Positions 51,833-61,272 of a stretch of 64,000 bases of DNA are shown here, piece after piece. The notes below the pieces were generated by a model that worked only from the letters and a program-made list of their open reading frames with translations, was not told the DNA's origin and made no database searches. Position 1 is the first letter of the stretch; each line of letters begins with the position of its first letter. Source of the stretch: an uncultured Fuscovulum sp. (GTDB lineage: Bacteria > Pseudomonadota > Alphaproteobacteria > Rhodobacterales > Rhodobacteraceae). The stretch spans positions 9,802-73,801 of the forward strand of contig CAYLSD010000019.1 in the NCBI GenBank assembly GCA_964386345.1, written 5' to 3'. Made by a program: the position numbers and the translations under genes.

Positions 51833-52663
51833 GTGGCGGCGCTTTTGCCGGACGGGCGGCTGCATCTGCAACACGGGCCGATCGACATAGTCGCGGAAGC
51901 CTGGGGAGAGGCCGTGGCCGTCCGCGAAGGATATGCCCGGGCGGCGGGGCGCTTCGCTTCCGTGCTTCAGGAACTGGCGGCGGAACTGCCTGCGTTGCGG
52001 GCTGAGGATGCGCCCTTGCGGGGAGCCATCGCGCAACGGATGGCCGCTGCCGTGGCCCCGTTCCGGCCCGCCTTCATCACGCCCATGGCCGCCGTGGCGG
52101 GTGCGGTGGCGGAGGAGGTGCTGGCGGCGCTGGTCGGGCCGGGGATCGCCCGCGCCTGTGTCAACAACGGCGGCGACATCGCGCTGTTCCTTGCGCCGGG
52201 GCAGCGGCTGTCCTGCGCGCTGGCGGCCTCGGGCGGTATGGACCATACCACCGTATGGGCCGAGGCGCCGGTGCGCGGCATCGCCACCTCGGGCTGGCGG
52301 GGGCGCAGTTTCTCTTTCGGTGTCGCCGATGCGGTCACGGTGCTGGCGCGGACCGCGGCGATGGCGGATGCGGCGGCGACGATGGTGGCGAATGCGGTGG
52401 ATCTGCCCGGCCACCCGGGCATCCGCCGGCGCCCGGCCTGCGAGATGCAGGCGGATACCGATCTGGGCGCGCGGCTGGTGACGGTGGCGGTTCCCGCTCT
52501 TTCGCCGGAAGACCGCGGCGCAGCGCTGGCGGCGGGGCTGGCGGCGGCCGAGGGCTTCCGGGCGCGCGGATTGATTGAAGCTGCCGCGATTTACCTGCAA
52601 GGTGAGCGGCGGGTGACCGGGGGCCTTGCCCTTTCCGCGCCGGCAAGGGGAGAAGATGACTGA
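51833..52663 (+). CDS. UPF0280 family protein (ApbE-like fold)
   Basis: LPDGRLHLQHGPID, FITPMAAVAGAVA, NNGGDIA, GIATSGWRGRSFS.GVADAVTV; start GTG 51833 (RBS) or 51701. Confidence 0.85.
   Translation: MAALLPDGRLHLQHGPIDIVAEAWGEAVAVREGYARAAGRFASVLQELAAELPALRAEDAPLRGAIAQRMAAAVAPFRPAFITPMAAVAGAVAEEVLAALVGPGIARACVNNGGDIALFLAPGQRLSCALAASGGMDHTTVWAEAPVRGIATSGWRGRSFSFGVADAVTVLARTAAMADAAATMVANAVDLPGHPGIRRRPACEMQADTDLGARLVTVAVPALSPEDRGAALAAGLAAAEGFRARGLIEAAAIYLQGERRVTGGLALSAPARGEDD
52234..52267. repeat. Repeat family A doublet inside the UPF0280 gene
   Basis: CGGTATGG-A-CCATACCA then at +17 CCGTATGG-G-CCGAGGCG. Confidence 0.6.
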
Positions 52664-53237
52664 TTTCACCGTCCGCAAGATCGTGACCCAGATCGAGGAA
52701 ATCCGCCATGAGGGCGGGCCCGCCGCCGTGCCGCCTCCGGTCCGCGGCGCGATCTATGCGATCTGCGCCAATCCCTTCGCCGGGCGCTACGAGCCGGATC
52801 TGCAACCCGCGATGGAGAGGCTGAAGCCCCTTGCGCTGGACCTGACCGACCGGCTGGTCGCCGCGCTTGGGGGCCGGAACGGCATCGACGCCTATGGCAA
52901 GGGTGCCATCGTCGGCGAGGCGGGGGAAAGCGAGCATGGCGCGATCTGGCATGTCTCGGGCGGCTACGGCATGCGCGAGCGGCTGGGGGAATGCCGTGCC
53001 ATCGTGCCGAGCGCGATGAAGGTCGGCGGCATGGGGGCGGCGCTGGACATCCCGCTTGGCCACCTGAACGCGGCCTATGTCCGGTCGCGCTTCGACGTGA
53101 TCACCGTCGCCTGCGCCGACGGGCCGCGCGCGGGCGAGGTGCTGTTCGCCCTGGCCATGGCGCGGGGCGGGCGGGTGCATTCCCGGATGGGCGGGCTGGA
53201 GATCCATCAGGTGAAGGGGGAGGACGGGCTGCGATGA
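52656..53237 (+). CDS. DUF1185 (amino acid synthesis family) protein
   Basis: VRKIVTQIEEI.HEGG, NPFAGRY, YGKGAIVG..GE.EH, DIPLGH...AYVRS, GGRVHSR. Confidence 0.82.
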   Translation: MTDFTVRKIVTQIEEIRHEGGPAAVPPPVRGAIYAICANPFAGRYEPDLQPAMERLKPLALDLTDRLVAALGGRNGIDAYGKGAIVGEAGESEHGAIWHVSGGYGMRERLGECRAIVPSAMKVGGMGAALDIPLGHLNAAYVRSRFDVITVACADGPRAGEVLFALAMARGGRVHSRMGGLEIHQVKGEDGLR

Positions 53238-54592
53238 TCCCGCGGGGCACGGCGACGGCGCTGATCCTGTGCCTGTTCCCCGGCGCCGCGCTGGCCTGCG
53301 CGCTGCCGCCCTCGGTCATCCTGGTCCTGCCGACCGGGCATTACATCACCGCCGCGGCGCTGACCGTCGCGCTGACGGCGCTGCTGGCCGCGATGGCGGG
53401 GCGGATGCCGGAGATGCGGGCGCATGTGCTGTGGGAAAGCCGCCGGGTCGTGCCTCAGGCGGCGACCTCATACCTTTCCTTCCTGATCTTCCTCGGCCTG
53501 GTGCTGACCGGTTTCCTTGGCCCGCGCGACCCGATGCACAACCTGATGACGCTGGTATTCTGGACCGGGGTCTGGATCGCGGTGCCGCTGGCCTCGGCCG
53601 TGTTCGGCAATATCTGGCGCTGGATCAACCCGTGGAGCGGCCCGGTGCGGATCGCCCGCACGCTGCTGGGGCGCAGGGGCGGCATCGGGTTGACCCGCCT
53701 TGGCCACTGGCCTGCCGTGCTGTTCTACCTTGGCTTCATCTGGTTCCAGATGATCTCGCTTTCCCCCGACGACCCCGCCGTTCTGGCGCAGGCGGCGCTG
53801 GTCTACTGGCTTGCCGTCTTCGCCCTTGCCGTGGCCGAGGGCGAGGACTGGCTGGAAAGGGGCGAGTTCCTGACCGTGCTTTTCGGCTTCGTCTCGAAGA
53901 TCGCGCCGCTTTGGGTAGAGACCGACGGGTCCCGCAGCCGGCAGATGGCGGGCTGGCCCGGGGCGCAGGTGCTGCGGATGCCGCCGCTGTCCCCGTCCGC
54001 CATGGTCTTCATCGCGCTGGCGCTGGCCGCGCTGACCTTCGAGGGGCTGAGCGAGACCTTCTTCTGGCAGGGTGTGATCGGGCAGAACCCGCTGGAGCCG
54101 ACGGGCCGCTCCGCCGTGGTCTGGCAGAACTCGGCCGGCATCCTTGCCACCTTCGCGCTGACGCTGGCGGCGCTGTGGCTGGGGATGCGGCTTGGCGGGT
54201 GGCTGTCCGGCGGGGCGTTCCGGGCCGACCGGGTGATGCTGTCCTTCCTTGCCATCGCCAGCGGCTACCATGCGGCGCATTACCTGGTGATGCTGCTGAC
54301 CGCCGGGCAATACACGCTGGCCGCGCTGAACGACCCGTTCTTCACCGGCGAAAGCTGGCTGGGGCTGCCGCCCTTCTACGTCTCCTTCGGTTTCCTGACC
54401 GATGCGCGGATCATGCCGCTGCTTTACGGCACGCAGTTCGCGGTGATCCTCGGGGCGCATCTGCTGGCCGTCGTCCTGTCCTTCCGGCTGGCCGGGCCGG
54501 TGCGGGCGGTGGCGCATCTGCCGCTGACGGTGCTGATGGTCGGCTATACGGTCCTGGGGCTGTGGCTTCTGTCCACCGCCCGGGTGGGGTGA
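53234..54592 (+). CDS. Uncharacterised polytopic membrane protein
   Basis: 452 aa, about 11 hydrophobic segments, YHAAHY and GAHLLAV; ATGA-coupled. Confidence 0.75.
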   Translation: MIPRGTATALILCLFPGAALACALPPSVILVLPTGHYITAAALTVALTALLAAMAGRMPEMRAHVLWESRRVVPQAATSYLSFLIFLGLVLTGFLGPRDPMHNLMTLVFWTGVWIAVPLASAVFGNIWRWINPWSGPVRIARTLLGRRGGIGLTRLGHWPAVLFYLGFIWFQMISLSPDDPAVLAQAALVYWLAVFALAVAEGEDWLERGEFLTVLFGFVSKIAPLWVETDGSRSRQMAGWPGAQVLRMPPLSPSAMVFIALALAALTFEGLSETFFWQGVIGQNPLEPTGRSAVVWQNSAGILATFALTLAALWLGMRLGGWLSGGAFRADRVMLSFLAIASGYHAAHYLVMLLTAGQYTLAALNDPFFTGESWLGLPPFYVSFGFLTDARIMPLLYGTQFAVILGAHLLAVVLSFRLAGPVRAVAHLPLTVLMVGYTVLGLWLLSTARVG

Positions 54593-54677
54593 AACGGGTG
54601 GACAGCGCCGCGCCGCGGCGACACATTCGACGAGAGGTCCCCGGCAGCGGGGCCAGCCAGCAAGGGGAGAGACCCAG

Positions 54678-55955
54678 ATGACCACGACTTCGCTTTTCAC
54701 GCCGTCCCGCCGCCGGGTTCTGCAGGGCATGGGGGCCGGTCTGGCCACGGCGGCAATCCCGGGGCATGTCTGGGGGCAGGCCGCGCCGCTGAAGATCGGG
54801 TTCCAGTTGCACCGCACCGGCATCGGCGCGGCCTATGGCCGCTGGTATGAGCGCACGACCACCGCCGCCGCCGCCGCGATCAACGCCGCGGGCGGGATCG
54901 GCGGGCGGCAGGTGGAGATCCTTTACGAGGACGATGCCACCGACCCCAAGCGCGGCGCCGAAGTGGTGGAAAAGCTGGCGGGCCCCTCGGGCTGCGACCT
55001 GATCATGGGGACGCTGTTTTCCCATGTCGTGATGGGCGCCGCGCCGCGGGCGGGGGAGTTGAAGATCCCCTATCTCGTCTGCTCCGAGGGCTATCACGTC
55101 GCCTCCGGCGCGCTGAACCGCTGGGTGCTGCAACCCGGCATCACCGATGTGCGGGCGCAGATCTCCACCATGGCGCCCTGGGTCGCCTCGACCCTTGGCA
55201 AGAAGGTGACGATGGTCTTCCCGGACTATGCCTTCGGCCACGACCACCGCGATTTCTTCACCAGTGCCATTGCCGCGCAGGGCGGCGAGGTGATCAGGCA
55301 GATCGCCATCCCGCCGACCGAAACCAGCTTCACCCGCTATTTCCCGCAGATCCCGGCCGAGACCGAGGTGCTGTATCACGTCATGGTCGGCCCCGCCGTC
55401 CTGACCTTCGTCAAGGAGCTGGGAGAGTTCTACGGCACCGGCGCGAAGCCCGCGCTCTTCGGCTTCATCGACTCGCTGGAGGCGGTGGATACGGCCTCGC
55501 CGGGGCTGGAGTTCCTTGAGGGCAGCCATTTCTGGGAAGGCCATTGCCGGGTGAAGCCCGCCGACGCGGGCGAGGCCGAGACCGCCTATCGCGCCGCGGT
55601 GGGGGTGGACGACAACGGCGCAAGCGTCAGCGACGCCAAGGATGTCTCGACCTATGCGCATATGTTCTCTTGCTGGGAGACGCTGCATTTCATCAAGCAG
55701 GCGGTAGAGGCTTCGGGCTATGCCGGCCCCGCCGACCGCCAGAAGCTGGTCGAGGCGATGGAGGCGGTGACCGACCTGCCCGAGGGGCCGGAACGCCCGC
55801 AGGGGCCGATGCGCTTCGACGGCAAGAAGCACCAGGCCTTCGGGGTGCAGAACATCTCGAAGGTCGAAGGCGGCAAGCTGGTGCGGGTGCACCAGACCAC
55901 GATCGAGGAAGGGCTTTACGAGAACGACACCGACTATACGGCGATGTCGTTCTAA
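54678..55955 (+). CDS. ABC substrate-binding protein, LivK/periplasmic binding protein type 1, Tat-exported
   Basis: SRRRVLQG twin-arginine signal, INAAGGIGGRQVEILYEDD, PDYAFG. Confidence 0.9.
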   Translation: MTTTSLFTPSRRRVLQGMGAGLATAAIPGHVWGQAAPLKIGFQLHRTGIGAAYGRWYERTTTAAAAAINAAGGIGGRQVEILYEDDATDPKRGAEVVEKLAGPSGCDLIMGTLFSHVVMGAAPRAGELKIPYLVCSEGYHVASGALNRWVLQPGITDVRAQISTMAPWVASTLGKKVTMVFPDYAFGHDHRDFFTSAIAAQGGEVIRQIAIPPTETSFTRYFPQIPAETEVLYHVMVGPAVLTFVKELGEFYGTGAKPALFGFIDSLEAVDTASPGLEFLEGSHFWEGHCRVKPADAGEAETAYRAAVGVDDNGASVSDAKDVSTYAHMFSCWETLHFIKQAVEASGYAGPADRQKLVEAMEAVTDLPEGPERPQGPMRFDGKKHQAFGVQNISKVEGGKLVRVHQTTIEEGLYENDTDYTAMSF

Positions 55956-55962
55956 GGGCCGC

Positions 55963-55980
55963 GGCGGGGGCGACCCCGCC
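55963..55980 (+). other. Intercistronic hairpin after the binding-protein gene
   Basis: GGCGGGG-GCGA-CCCCGCC, GNRA loop, typical mRNA-stabilising position. Confidence 0.5.
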
Positions 55981-55994
55981 CCACGCATCCCCGC

Positions 55995-56873
55995 ATGGCC
56001 TTCGGTCCCTTCCTGCTTCTCGCCCTGATGGAGGGCATGGTCACCGCCGCGGTGCTGTCGCTGGCGGCGGTGGGCCTGTCGCTGGTCTTCGGCGTCATGC
56101 GGGTGGTCAATGTCGCGCATGGCGAGTTCTTCATGCTGGGCGCGGTGATCGCCTGGTTCGTGGCGGGGCTGGTGCCCGGCCCGGCATGGATGGCCTTCCT
56201 TGCCGCGCTGGTGATCGCGCCGCTGATCGTCGGCGCGTTGGCGGCGGCGGTCGACGGGCTGGTGCTGAAGCGGCTGAACTACGACCCCGAGGCCACCATC
56301 GTCGCCACCATCGGCGTGATGTACATGCTGCAACAGGCGGCGCTGAGCTTTTACGGCCCCGACGCCCGCCCGGTGGCCGCCCCCTTCACCTGGCGCATCC
56401 AGCTGCCGTGGTTCGGCACCTCCGGCTACAAGTTCTTCGTCGTCCTTGCCGCCATCCTCGTCCTGCTGGCGGTCTGGCTGGTGATGACACGCACGAAGGC
56501 CGGGCTGGTGATGCGGGCGACGCAGGTGGACCGTGATGTCGCCCGCGCCTTCGGGATAAATGTCGACCGGGTCTACATGGGCACCTTCGCGCTTGGCGCG
56601 GGGCTGGCGGCGATGGGGGCGGTGCTCTACGTGCCGATCAGCCAGGCGCATTACCTGATGGGGCACGACCCGCTGCTTTTGTCCTTCATCGTGGTGATCA
56701 TCGGCGGCCTCGGCAGCTTGCGCGGCACGCTGGTCGCGGCGCTGGTGATCGGCCTGTCGGACGGGGTGATCAGCATGTTCTTCTCGCCCACGCTGGCGAA
56801 GATCCTCGCCACGCTGCTGGTCGCCATGGTGCTGGTGTTCCGCCCGCAGGGCCTGTTCGGGGCGAAGGCATGA
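55995..56873 (+). CDS. Branched-chain-type ABC permease (LivH-like)
   Basis: GLSLVFGVMRVVNVAHGEFFMLG, FIVVIIGGLGS, VFRPQGLFG. Confidence 0.92.
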   Translation: MAFGPFLLLALMEGMVTAAVLSLAAVGLSLVFGVMRVVNVAHGEFFMLGAVIAWFVAGLVPGPAWMAFLAALVIAPLIVGALAAAVDGLVLKRLNYDPEATIVATIGVMYMLQQAALSFYGPDARPVAAPFTWRIQLPWFGTSGYKFFVVLAAILVLLAVWLVMTRTKAGLVMRATQVDRDVARAFGINVDRVYMGTFALGAGLAAMGAVLYVPISQAHYLMGHDPLLLSFIVVIIGGLGSLRGTLVAALVIGLSDGVISMFFSPTLAKILATLLVAMVLVFRPQGLFGAKA

Positions 56874-57814
56874 GTCGCGGGGCGCGGACATGGGCGCTGC
56901 ATCTGGCCGTGCTGGCGGCGCTGCTGGCGGCGGGGCTGCTGCTGCCCGCCTATCATGCGACCAACCTTGCGCGCATCCTGGTGCTGGCCACCTTCGCCGC
57001 CGGATACAACCTTGCCTTCGGCTATACCGGGCTTCTGAGCCTTGGCCATGCGATGTTCTTCGCCGCCGGGATGTATGCCGCCGGGCTGCCCGCCTGGCAC
57101 TGGGGCTGGCCCGCCGCGCCCGCGCTGCTGGCCGGGGCGGCGGCGGGCGGGCTGATGGCGCTGGCCGTGGGCGCGCTGGCGCTGCGGACGGCGGGCGTCT
57201 CCTTCATGATCGTCACGCTGATGTTCGCGCAGGCCTTCGCGCTGACCATCCTTTATTTCAACACCTGGACCGGCGGGGACGAGGGCTTCGTGATCCCCGA
57301 CGCCTCGCGCCGCCTGTTCGGCGTCAGCCTCTCCGCCGACGTTCCGCGCTTCCTGACGGCATGGGGCCTGTTCGCCATTGGCCTGATCCTGTCGCTGGCG
57401 CTGGTCCGCTCGCGCTTCGGCCGGATCATGGTGGCGCTGCGCGAGAACGAGGAACGGGCGAGGATGCTGGGCATCAACCCCTTCGCCGCCAAGCTGAAGG
57501 TGCTGGCGGTCTCGGGCGCCTATTCCGGCGCGGCGGGGGCGGCCTATGCCATCCTGTTCGGCTATGCGGGCGGCACCTTCGCCGGCATCCAGTATTCCAT
57601 CCTGCCGATGCTCTACGTCCTTCTGGGCGGGGCGGGCACCGTTCTTGGCGCCGTCCTCGGCGCGGGGCTGATGTTCTACCTGACCGAACTGGCCTCTTCC
57701 GTCACCTCGGCCTGGCTGTTCCTGGTGGGGCTGGCGCTGGTGGTGCTGGTCCTCTTCGCGCCGAAGGGCATCCTCGGCTGGGTCCGGGCAAGGCTGTGGA
57801 GGGATCTGCCATGA
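56870..57814 (+). CDS. Branched-chain-type ABC permease (LivM-like)
   Basis: YNLAFGYTGLLSLGHAMFF, TGGDEG, ALRENEERA..LG, FAPKGILG. Confidence 0.92.
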   Translation: MSRGARTWALHLAVLAALLAAGLLLPAYHATNLARILVLATFAAGYNLAFGYTGLLSLGHAMFFAAGMYAAGLPAWHWGWPAAPALLAGAAAGGLMALAVGALALRTAGVSFMIVTLMFAQAFALTILYFNTWTGGDEGFVIPDASRRLFGVSLSADVPRFLTAWGLFAIGLILSLALVRSRFGRIMVALRENEERARMLGINPFAAKLKVLAVSGAYSGAAGAAYAILFGYAGGTFAGIQYSILPMLYVLLGGAGTVLGAVLGAGLMFYLTELASSVTSAWLFLVGLALVVLVLFAPKGILGWVRARLWRDLP

Positions 57815-58510
57815 GCCTTCTCTCCGCCCGCGGCCTGACCCGGCACTTCGGCGGCATCCATGCCGTCGACGGGGTGGATTTCGATCTGGAGGCCGGAGAG
57901 ATCCATGCCCTGATCGGCCCCAACGGCGCGGGCAAGACGACGCTGGTCTCGCTGCTTTCGGGCCGCATCGCGGCGCAGGCGGGCAGGATCACGCTGGCGG
58001 GAGAGGACATCACCCGCCTTCCCGCCCATGCCCGCGTCCGGCGCGGTCTGGCCTATACCTTCCAGATCACCAGCATCTTCCCGGGGCTTTCGGTCTTCGA
58101 CAATGTGGCGCTGGCGGTGCAGGGCGGCGCGGCCCCGGCCCGCGACCTGCCCGCCGCCGTCGGGGCCAGCCTCGCCCGGGTCGGCATGACGGGGATGGAG
58201 GCACAGGCCGCGGGGACCCTGTCCTACGGCCACCAGCGGCTGCTGGAACTGGCGATGGGGCTGGCGCTGGCCCCCCGCGTGCTGATCCTGGACGAGCCGA
58301 CGCAGGGCCTTGCGGCGGGCGAGATCGAGGGATTCAAGGCGCTGGTCCGCGGGCTGGTCCCCGAGGTCTCGGTCCTGCTGATCGAGCACAACATGGAGGT
58401 GGTGATGGACCTTGCCCACCGCATCACCGTGATGAACTCCGGCCGGGTGCTGGCGCGCGGAACGCCTGCGGAAGTCCGGGCCGATGCGGCGGTGCAGGAG
58501 GCCTATCTCG

Positions 58511-58518
<8 letters not shown>
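57811..58518 (+). CDS. ABC ATP-binding protein (LivG-like)
   Basis: GPNGAGKTT, LSYGHQRLLE, LDEPTQG, IEHNM. Confidence 0.93.
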
Positions 58519-59206
<688 letters not shown>

Positions 59207-59207
59207 G

Positions 59208-61229
59208 ATGGCGGGGCTGGTGGCGGGCGTGGACGTGGGCGGCACCTTCACCGACCTCGTGGTCTTCGATCCGGCCTCGGGCGCGGTGCGGCTGGCCAAG
59301 GTGCCGACGACGCTGCCGAACCAGTCGGGCGGGGTGCTGGCGGCCTTCGATGCCGCGGGCACCGGTCTTGCCGCGCTGGACCTGATCGTCCACGGCACCA
59401 CCACCACCACCAATGCGGTGCTGGAGCGGCAGTTGGCGAGGACCGGCCTGATCACCACCGCAGGTTTCCGCGACGTGCTGGAGCTTGGCCGCCGCACCCG
59501 TCCGCAGGCCTATGGCATGTCGGGACGGTTCACGCCGATCATTCCCCGCGACCTGCGGCTTGAGGTGCCGGAACGGATGGACGCCCGGGGCAGGGTGGTC
59601 ACGCCGCTGGACGGGGATGCCGTGGCCCGGGCGATCCGCGACCTGCTGGCCAGGGGCTGCGAGGCGCTGGTGATCCATTTCCTGCACGCCTACGCCAACC
59701 CGGCGCATGAGCTGCGCGCCGCCGAAATCGCCGCCCGCCTCTGGCCGAACGGCTATGTCACCACCGGGCATTCCCTGCTGTCCGAGGCGCGGGAATACGA
59801 GCGCGGGGTGACGGCGGCGGTGAATGCCAGTGTGCAGCCGGTGCTGGAGCGCTATGTCTCGCGCCTGGCCGGAGAGTTGAAGGCGCGGGGATATGCCCGT
59901 GATCTGCTGGTGATGAACGGCAACGGCGGCATGGTCAGCGCGGCCCATGTCGCGCGCGAGGCGGTGAAGACGGTGATGTCCGGCCCGGCCTCGGGCGTGA
60001 TGGCGGCGGTGGCCACCGGGCGGCGGGCGGGCTTCCCGAACCTGCTGACCTATGACATGGGCGGCACCTCGACCGATGTGGCGATGATCCGCGGCGGCGT
60101 GGCCCCGGTCTCGAACGAGATCGAGGTGGAATATGCCATGCCGATCCATGTGCCGATGGTGGATGTGCGCACCGTGGGGGCAGGGGGCGGGTCGATCGCC
60201 CGGGTCGATGCCGGCGGCATGCTGCGCGTCGGGCCGGAAAGCGCCGGCTCCGACCCCGGGCCGGTCTGCTATGGCCGGGGCGGCACGCGGGCGACGCTGT
60301 CGGACGCCAACCTGATCCTCGGGCGGCTTCCGGCCAGCCGTTTCGGGGCGGCCGCCGGGGCGGCGCGGGCGGCGATGGAGGAACAGATCGCGCGGCCTCT
60401 GGGTCTGGGGGTGGAGGAGGCGGCGGAGGCGGTGGTGACCATCGCCAACACCCATATGGCCGGGGCGATCCGCATGGTTTCCATTTCCATGGGCGCCGAC
60501 CCGCGCGACTTCGCGCTGTTCGCCTTCGGCGGCGCCGGGCCGCTGCATGCCGTGGCGCTGGCGCGCGAGCTTGCGGTGCCGAAGGTTCTGGTCCCGGCGC
60601 GGCCCGGCATCACCAATGCGCTCGGCTGCGTGGTGGCCGACCTGCGGCATGATTTCGTCCGCACCCTGAACCGGCCGCTGGACGGGGTGGAGATGGCGGA
60701 GGTCCATGCCATCCTTGCCGCGCAGGAGGCCGAGGGCCGCCGCCTGATCGGCGAGGAGCGGATCGAGCTGCGCGACATGGCCGCCGGGTTTGCCGCCGAG
60801 ATGCAGTTCATCGGCCAGACCCATTTGCTGCGCGTGCCGCTGCCCTCGGCCACGCCCTCGCGCGAAGAGCTTCAGCGCCTGTTCGAGGCGGCCTATCACG
60901 CCCGCTTCCGGGTGGACCTGCCGGAGATCCGCGCCAATCTGGTGAACCTGACCACCAGCGTCACCGGCCGCCGGGCCGAGCCGGACCTGTCCCGCCTGAT
61001 CGACCCGGCAGGGCGCAAGGCGCTGGCCGAGCCGCAGGAGGTGCGACGGGTCTGGTTCGGCGGCTGGGTGGAAACCCCGGTCTACTGGCGCGACCACCTG
61101 CCGCTGGAGCTGGCGCTGGGGGGGCCGGCGATCGTCGAGCAGATGGACACGACCTTGGTGGTGGAGCCGGGGTGCCGGGTGACTTCGGATGCGGATGGAA
61201 ATCTGATTGTGCGGGTTTCGGGGGGCTAG
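59208..61229 (+). CDS. Hydantoinase/5-oxoprolinase family subunit A (ATP-binding)
   Basis: VDVGGTFTD, HGTTTTTNA, SGPASG, DMGGTSTDV, GAGGGS, FGGAGPLH. Confidence 0.93.
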   Translation: MAGLVAGVDVGGTFTDLVVFDPASGAVRLAKVPTTLPNQSGGVLAAFDAAGTGLAALDLIVHGTTTTTNAVLERQLARTGLITTAGFRDVLELGRRTRPQAYGMSGRFTPIIPRDLRLEVPERMDARGRVVTPLDGDAVARAIRDLLARGCEALVIHFLHAYANPAHELRAAEIAARLWPNGYVTTGHSLLSEAREYERGVTAAVNASVQPVLERYVSRLAGELKARGYARDLLVMNGNGGMVSAAHVAREAVKTVMSGPASGVMAAVATGRRAGFPNLLTYDMGGTSTDVAMIRGGVAPVSNEIEVEYAMPIHVPMVDVRTVGAGGGSIARVDAGGMLRVGPESAGSDPGPVCYGRGGTRATLSDANLILGRLPASRFGAAAGAARAAMEEQIARPLGLGVEEAAEAVVTIANTHMAGAIRMVSISMGADPRDFALFAFGGAGPLHAVALARELAVPKVLVPARPGITNALGCVVADLRHDFVRTLNRPLDGVEMAEVHAILAAQEAEGRRLIGEERIELRDMAAGFAAEMQFIGQTHLLRVPLPSATPSREELQRLFEAAYHARFRVDLPEIRANLVNLTTSVTGRRAEPDLSRLIDPAGRKALAEPQEVRRVWFGGWVETPVYWRDHLPLELALGGPAIVEQMDTTLVVEPGCRVTSDADGNLIVRVSGG

Positions 61230-61265
61230 CGGACCCCCGTGGAGTATTTCCGTCAAGAGGAAGGG
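61221..61265 (-). repeat. Intergenic repeat family B, copy 4 (overlaps subunit A stop)
   Basis: Reverse complement CCCTTCCTCTTGACGGAAATACTCCACGGGGGTCCGCTAGCCCCC aligns with copies 1 and 2. Confidence 0.65.
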
Positions 61266-61272
61266 CAGGGCG

